Positions 59,239-64,000 of a DNA stretch of 64,000 nucleotides are shown here, one piece after another. Location of the stretch: the NCBI GenBank assembly GCA_016432525.1, contig CP066693.1, positions 96,815 through 160,814 on the forward strand, given 5' to 3'. The stretch is from Candidatus Woesebacteria bacterium. GTDB lineage: Bacteria > Patescibacteriota > Microgenomatia > UBA8517. The notes beneath the pieces were generated by a model that ran no database searches, was not told the origin of the DNA, and saw nothing but the letters and a program-made list of their open reading frames with translations. Within the stretch, counting starts at the first letter, position 1. Each line of letters opens with the position of its first letter. The translations under genes were made by a program, and so were the position numbers.

Positions 59239-60790
59239 TTGGCCTATTATATATTACCGAAACACGATCGCTATAAACTTCCCTCCATCCTGCATCTTTT
59301 AATCTGGAAGTAAAATCCTTTTGCCTCAAAATCTTACAACTATCAAAATTGACATATTTACACAAAAATTTATCCATCTTAAAAGTCAAAGAGGCCCCAC
59401 CTATTTCATTTTTAGGCCACAAAACAATATCAATATTATATTTCTCAAAAACTTTTTCAAAGTCCGTTTCGCCCGATACAACTTTCAAATAATCATCAAA
59501 CGCATTCTTTGTTTCATTTGGATTAGGATTAAAACTCCAAATTGCCATTCTTCCATCTATAAAAACTTTTTTCAAAGGTAACTTCCAAATCAAATAACCC
59601 CCATAACCATATTCAGAAAAGATATTTCCTTTAGATTCGTAAGCTTTCAAAAACAAAACTGCATCCCTAGGGTAAAACGTGTCTTCATTTAAAATAAATT
59701 TATTCCCTAAATTTAAATAAACATTCAATAAAAACAAAACAAAAGCAAAAACCAAAAAAACCAAACCAGATTTTTTAAGTCTACTAGATAGTCCTCGATC
59801 TTTTGGTAACTCCAACTCAAAGAAATGAAAAGATTTAAAGATAATTATTAAGCTAAAAACTATCCAAATCGGAATGTTTTTGACGCTCGTTATACTTTGG
59901 CCTAAAAGTAAAAAAAATAAAACAATTTCCTCTAGGCTAAATTTTTTTCTATATCGAAATACAAAAATAATAGATAAAGCCAAAAAAGCCAAAACTGATA
60001 AATTAAAGGAGAAAAAAATAGATCTCCATTCTCCAATATTTGCTCGAAGAATTCTACTTGAAAAAGTATTAAATACTTCTCTCCACAAACCTCCTTCAAA
60101 AGGACTAATAAAAGTAAATAAAAAAGAAACCGAAAAGATTAAAACATAGCTCCAATCAATTTTTTTAGACCTTAAAAATCTAACTCCAAAAACAATAAAC
60201 ATACTGGCAATCCCAACAGCAAAACTTCCATGAATATTTGCCCAAACTAAAACTATTAAAGGTAAAAAAAATTTATATCTTTTAAATATTCTTTCATTTA
60301 AAAGAACGCAAATAAAGATACTCCAAATTCCCCATCCTAAAACCTGCGGCCTGATAGAAAAAAAGTCCAAAAAAATTGAGCTCACCAAAATAAACACTCC
60401 AAAATAAAATAGAAAAAACTTCTTTAAAATTCCTTTTTTGTAATCTTTCAAAAAAACAAAAAACAAAAAAACAATTGATAAAAAAAATACTAAAGTAAAA
60501 ACCAAAGATAAACCCACAAAATTAAAATTTTTGTAAATAAGAAAAATTAGAATCTCAGAAAACCATTCATGCGATACAACAGGGAAAGAACTCATCGTAT
60601 ATGAATAAGGGTCAGTATAAAAAATGCCAGATTTTGAAAAAATCTCTCCATTTCTTAAATGCCATCCAAAATCAGGATCCAAAAAATAAACTCCTTTTAC
60701 GAAAAAGACAATCAAAACTCCTAAAAATAATAAATAAACTAAAAATCTTTTGTTAATATTTTGATTATACAAGGAAGTTAATTTGAAGTA
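59210..60790 (-). CDS. Polytopic membrane protein (hypothetical). The 5' end is uncertain; the ORF-track start overlaps tRNA-Ser
   Basis: >10 TM helices. The first in-frame ATG is far downstream, and TTG candidates exist after AAAGGAG. Confidence 0.4.
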   Translation of the reverse strand, partial: YFKLTSLYNQNINKRFLVYLLFLGVLIVFFVKGVYFLDPDFGWHLRNGEIFSKSGIFYTDPYSYTMSSFPVVSHEWFSEILIFLIYKNFNFVGLSLVFTLVFFLSIVFLFFVFLKDYKKGILKKFFLFYFGVFILVSSIFLDFFSIRPQVLGWGIWSIFICVLLNERIFKRYKFFLPLIVLVWANIHGSFAVGIASMFIVFGVRFLRSKKIDWSYVLIFSVSFLFTFISPFEGGLWREVFNTFSSRILRANIGEWRSIFFSFNLSVLAFLALSIIFVFRYRKKFSLEEIVLFFLLLGQSITSVKNIPIWIVFSLIIIFKSFHFFELELPKDRGLSSRLKKSGLVFLVFAFVLFLLNVYLNLGNKFILNEDTFYPRDAVLFLKAYESKGNIFSEYGYGGYLIWKLPLKKVFIDGRMAIWSFNPNPNETKNAFDDYLKVVSGETDFEKVFEKYNIDIVLWPKNEIGGASLTFKMDKFLCKYVNFDSCKILRQKDFTSRLKDAGWREVYSDRVSVIYNRPNGKRSNWRN

Positions 60791-60792
60791 GG

Positions 60793-60879
60793 CGGTGAGG
60801 GTGGGATTCGAACCCACGGTAACGTTGCCGCTACATTCGCTCTCCAAGCGAACGCACTAGGCCACTATGCGACCTCACC
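60793..60879 (-). tRNA. tRNA-Ser(GGA)
   Basis: Type II tRNA with acceptor GGTGAGG/CCTCACC, anticodon loop TTGGAGA, long variable arm and G73. Confidence 0.8.
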
Positions 60880-61342
60880 CCGCAATCGCTTGTTCTTCAA
60901 GCTTTTTTCTCTCTTTTCTCTTTTTATCTAGTTCTCCTAAAATTTCCTTTGCTTTTTTAAGTAAGGATGCTTCACGTTTTGATTCCAATCTTTTAACAGC
61001 CTTTGCATATGTCATCCATTCTGTTTCTTCGTATCCCAAAACTTCATTTTGTTCTTTACAAACCATCAAATAATATAAGGTCCTTTGTGCAATTGGTCTT
61101 CCAGAAATTGTAGCTGTACCATTGCTTCTTCCAACTTCCTCCAGTACTTTAGCTCTCATTCCTCCTTGTTCTCCCATAGCTCGAATAGAAGCTCTCACTG
61201 AAGATTCACCTCTTCTAGCAGTAGTCTTTGGAATTTCCCAATTTGATTCAGATCCCAATCTCACCAAAAACCACAAAGGCTTTTCTCCCTTCTTTCTCTT
61301 ATAAACAACAGCTCCTGATATAAGTATAATTTTTTCTTTCAT
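60875..61342 (-). CDS. NUDIX-like hydrolase with a degenerate Nudix box (hypothetical)
   Basis: Starts at internal Met MKEKIIL. 'WEIPKTTARRGESSVRASIRAMGEQGG' loosely fits GX5EX7REUXEEXGU. Confidence 0.45.
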   Translation of the reverse strand: MKEKIILISGAVVYKRKKGEKPLWFLVRLGSESNWEIPKTTARRGESSVRASIRAMGEQGGMRAKVLEEVGRSNGTATISGRPIAQRTLYYLMVCKEQNEVLGYEETEWMTYAKAVKRLESKREASLLKKAKEILGELDKKRKERKKLEEQAIAG

Positions 61343-61366
61343 GAAGCTATTATAGCATGTTTTGTG

Positions 61367-61455
61367 CGGTGAGGGTGGGATTCGAACCCACGGTAACGGA
61401 AATCCGCTACATTGGTTTTCAAGACCAACTCCATCGGCCACTCGGACACCTCACC
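61367..61455 (-). tRNA. tRNA-Ser(UGA)
   Basis: Acceptor GGTGAGG. Anticodon loop CTTGAAA. Long variable arm. Confidence 0.8.
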
Positions 61456-61459
61456 TTAG

Positions 61460-61545
61460 CGGAGACGGTGGGATTCGAACCCACGTGAGCCTTACGGCTC
61501 AAAGGTTTAGCAAACCTTCGCACTGGGCCACTATGCGACGTCTCC
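61460..61545 (-). tRNA. tRNA-Ser(GCU)
   Basis: Acceptor GGAGACG/CGTCTCC. Anticodon loop TTGCTAA. Variable arm hairpin GAGCC-GUAA-GGCUC. Confidence 0.8.
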
Positions 61546-61617
61546 GTGAGGCTATATTATAACAGATTGGGTTCCTGGATTGAAAATGTTGTTTGAGGTA
61601 TAATTTAGGAAAGCAAT

Positions 61618-62193
61618 ATGCCCGAAACAAAAGAGCAGACATTATATTCAGCCGAAAGTACCTTAAAAAATGAGGAGGAAGCACCTAAGCTCAAAAAGAC
61701 AATTGAAGAAAAAGATCTTTTAGTTTGGGAAACCTCAGAGCGTCCTTTTAAGAGACGAAACAGAGATTTTTATATTACAGTTATTGCAATGGCTGGAATT
61801 GTCGGCCTTGTGCTGTTTTTAGTTGAAGGCTGGGCGCCAGTTATTTTAATAGTTTCACTGGTTTTTCTTTTTTATGTTATGTCTACAATTGAGCCTGGAA
61901 ATGTAAGATATAAAATAACAAACAAAGGAGTTACTGTAGGAAACCAAAAAACAACCCCTTTTTCAAATTTTGGAAGATTTTGGTTTACAAGGCGATTTGA
62001 TAGCGATCTTTTGGTTTTTGAGACATTTAGTTTTCCGGGAAGGCTCGAGATTGTTATTGACCCAACAGTAAAAGATGAGGCTTTAAAGGTTCTTTCGAAA
62101 TACTTAACGCATGAAGAAGTACCACCTTCATCACTTGATAAGGCTGCCAATTGGTTTTCAAAAAAACTTCCTCAACAAGAGATTCAAAAGTAG
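61618..62193 (+). CDS. Hypothetical membrane protein
   Basis: Two TM helices. 191 aa. Confidence 0.45.
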   Translation: MPETKEQTLYSAESTLKNEEEAPKLKKTIEEKDLLVWETSERPFKRRNRDFYITVIAMAGIVGLVLFLVEGWAPVILIVSLVFLFYVMSTIEPGNVRYKITNKGVTVGNQKTTPFSNFGRFWFTRRFDSDLLVFETFSFPGRLEIVIDPTVKDEALKVLSKYLTHEEVPPSSLDKAANWFSKKLPQQEIQK

Positions 62194-62196
62194 TTT

Positions 62197-62268
62197 GCGC
62201 TCGTAGCTCAACGGATAGAGTAACAGTTTGCGGAACTGTCGATACAGGTTCGATTCCTGTCGGGCGCA
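62197..62268 (+). tRNA. tRNA-Arg(GCG) (anticodon read as GCG)
   Basis: GCGCTCG-TA-GCTC-AACGGATA-GAGT-A-ACAGT-TTGCGGA-ACTGT-CGAT-ACAGG-TTCGATT-CCTGT-CGGGCGC-A. Confidence 0.65.
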
Positions 62269-62273
62269 CTTAA

Positions 62274-62362
62274 GGTGAGGTGCAGGAGTGGATGATCTGG
62301 TCGCTCTCGAAAAGCGATATGGCAAGCAATTGTCATCGTGGGTTCGAATCCCACCCTCACCG
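62274..62362 (+). tRNA. tRNA-Ser(CGA)
   Basis: Acceptor GGTGAGG. Anticodon loop CTCGAAA. Long variable arm. Confidence 0.8.
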
Positions 62363-62367
62363 CAAGT

Positions 62368-62973
62368 TTATCTTGCCAAAGTCAAACTAAATACTTTAAA
62401 AATTCCAGTCTTTTTAAATTCCAATCTTATTTCATCAATTGTTGATCCAGTAGTTAAAACATCGTCAAAAATTAAATAATTCTTATTTCTATTTAGCTTC
62501 TCTTTGTTTATTCCAAACGCATTCTTCAAATTCTTTCGTCTCGAATCTCCTCTCAATCCAACTTGTGTTAAAGTATTTTTAAGTTTAATAACCAATCTTT
62601 CTTCATATTCCCATTTCATTAACTCAGCTAATTTCTTACCAACAACTTCACTTTGATTAAATCCCCTGAAGTTCTTACGCTTGCTATAAAGTGGTACAGG
62701 CACCAAAACAAAATCTTTGCCATCAAAAACCTGTCTCTTTTTAAGCTCACTAAAAGCGTTTTTGGCTAATTCATCTGAAAGTTTATATGCAAATTTATAT
62801 TTCAATGAAATTATTGCTCTGCGAACAATTCCCTGATATTTCCAAATCGAATAAGAATACCTATTTTTATACGAAGTCTTGGGAATTTTAGCTAAACATT
62901 CACTACAAATATATTTCCCAATTTTGCCACATTCAAGGCACTTTGGAGGGAAAATGAAGTCAAGTAAATCCAC
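62368..62973 (-). CDS. comFC: ComF-family phosphoribosyltransferase-domain protein
   Basis: N-terminal Cys4 'CLECG...CSEC' and C-terminal PRTase motif 'LIFDDVLTTGST'. Confidence 0.75.
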   Translation of the reverse strand: MDLLDFIFPPKCLECGKIGKYICSECLAKIPKTSYKNRYSYSIWKYQGIVRRAIISLKYKFAYKLSDELAKNAFSELKKRQVFDGKDFVLVPVPLYSKRKNFRGFNQSEVVGKKLAELMKWEYEERLVIKLKNTLTQVGLRGDSRRKNLKNAFGINKEKLNRNKNYLIFDDVLTTGSTIDEIRLEFKKTGIFKVFSLTLAR

Positions 62974-63019
62974 TTTTTCCGCTTATTAACCGCTGTATTT
63001 CCGCAAACCCTATAATCTG

Positions 63020-63391
63020 TGGAGACGGAGGGAATTGAACCCTCGTCCGTAAGAAATTGATCTAAAAACCTCTACAAGCTTATTTAGTTTACGTTTTTTT
63101 TCCTTTAAAAATAAGCCAACTAAAAGGCAATTTTAAAAGTAAGATTTGTTATTTCAAATATAAAGTTAAATCAAACTAAATACCCTATCTTGGTAGGTTT
63201 ATGCCCATCCTATTCGACCAAGAAACAAATAGGTGAACATCCAAAGTTATGCGAAGGCGAAATTAAATCCGCCGAAAGCATTTTCGGAAGCGTCGTTTTT
63301 ATTGGCGCTTGTATTTTTGATTGTTTTACATGCAAATCAACATGGCTTGCAGTTTTTAAAGTACTTCTTCGTCGAAACCTAGATCGTCCCC
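63020..63391 (-). ncRNA. ssrA: tmRNA (SsrA)
   Basis: 5' GGGGACGAUCUAGGUUUCGACG and 3' GGACGAGGGUUCAAUUCCCUCCGUCUCCA match the tmRNA tRNA-like domain, including the G3-U70 pair. Predicted tag frame GCC...GCAUAA gives ANKNDASENAFGGFNFAFA. Confidence 0.8.
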
Positions 63392-63795
63392 ATTTCTCGC
63401 TCTAAATCGCGCTTTTTAACTTTCTGTCTCTTTTCAAACTCACGCTTGGTGTGGGCTAGAGCTATAGAAACCTTCACCAAACGGCCCTTAGTATACATTA
63501 AGACAGGCACTAAAGTCAATTTTTTTAGTTTGATTTGGGTTAAAATTTCAGTTATTTCACTCCTGTGTAACAAAAGTTTTCTGCTTCGCCTAGGATCAAG
63601 CTCACTTCCATCGTGAGCAGAAATACTGCAATTTATCAAGAAAGCCTCATTTCCAATGATTTTTGCAAAAGATCTTGACAAATCAACATCGCCTTTTCTC
63701 ACTGCTTTAGCCTCAAACCCAGAAAGAGCTATGCCAGCTTCGTATGTTTTCAAAAACTCAAAATCATACGATGCTTTTTTATTAAAAATTTTCAT
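63379..63795 (-). CDS. smpB: SsrA-binding protein
   Basis: 138 aa with typical SmpB conservation (GIALSGFEAKAV...KLLLHRSEI). Adjacent to ssrA. Confidence 0.85.
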   Translation of the reverse strand: MKIFNKKASYDFEFLKTYEAGIALSGFEAKAVRKGDVDLSRSFAKIIGNEAFLINCSISAHDGSELDPRRSRKLLLHRSEITEILTQIKLKKLTLVPVLMYTKGRLVKVSIALAHTKREFEKRQKVKKRDLEREMGTI

Positions 63796-64000
63796 TTAGT
63801 TAAGATGTTTTGCATCCAAATAATAAATCTTCTGATTATCAAAAAGATAAATCTTGCGATTTGCCTCATCCGCAATTATACGCTTGAAACTCTTGCCTCC
63901 AAAATGGTATTCCGCAATAAACTGTCCCTTTTTATCAAAAACCAAAACTCTTGGGCTTTTAGAATCCAACAAATACAAGGATGAAGAATCAATATCTGTA
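63796..64000 (-). CDS. Hypothetical protein (partial, continues beyond window end)
   Basis: The ORF runs to the window edge. The repeat-like motif 'KIYLFDNQKIYYLD' suggests beta-propeller/NHL-like blades. Confidence 0.3.
   Translation of the reverse strand, partial: TDIDSSSLYLLDSKSPRVLVFDKKGQFIAEYHFGGKSFKRIIADEANRKIYLFDNQKIYYLDAKHLN

Noticed and set aside
59210-61441. ORF-track 5' extensions of the membrane protein (to 60847) and the NUDIX-like gene (to 61441)
   Set aside because: The extensions run through tRNA-Ser genes. Starts were moved downstream.
63190-63405. 71-aa plus-strand ORF
   Set aside because: It lies entirely within the minus-strand tmRNA gene.

Overview
The window is 64 kb of a low-GC (~33-36%), gene-dense genome. 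Its content looks like a Patescibacteria/CPR-type bacterium: class II (B12-dependent) RNR with NrdR, archaeal-type TIM and DhnA-type aldolase, a split transketolase, two DUF378 paralogs, tRNA-Ile(UAU), an intron-containing tRNA, and many small secreted hypothetical proteins. Housekeeping content includes ftsH, trpS, nrdR-nrdJ-pduO, two tandem class A PBPs, a glycolysis/pentose-phosphate cluster (gap, pgk, tpi, rpiB, rpe, tkt, fba, pfkB-like), dnaG-rpoD, smpB-ssrA, and a tRNA cluster with four tRNA-Ser isoacceptors. Four regions carry accessory or unusual content. (1) A ~4.8 kb segment at ~45-50% GC lies between tRNA-Met and an ftsB-like gene. It contains a large serine recombinase and is likely a small integrative element. 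(2) An IS110-family-like gene has apparently degenerate catalytic motifs. It is bracketed by two imperfect palindromes that share an identical 9-bp stem but carry different 39-nt loops. One lies in its promoter-proximal leader and one in a terminator-like structure. This is the most interesting candidate. (3) A ~3.2 kb island at ~50% GC encodes three secreted proteins. A complete type III hammerhead ribozyme motif sits in one of its intergenic spacers. (4) A 213-nt group I intron, with recognisable P/Q/R/S core elements and an IGS pairing both exons, interrupts the anticodon loop of a tRNA-Asn(GUU)-like gene. Coordinates of RNA features were read by hand and may be off by 1-2 nt.
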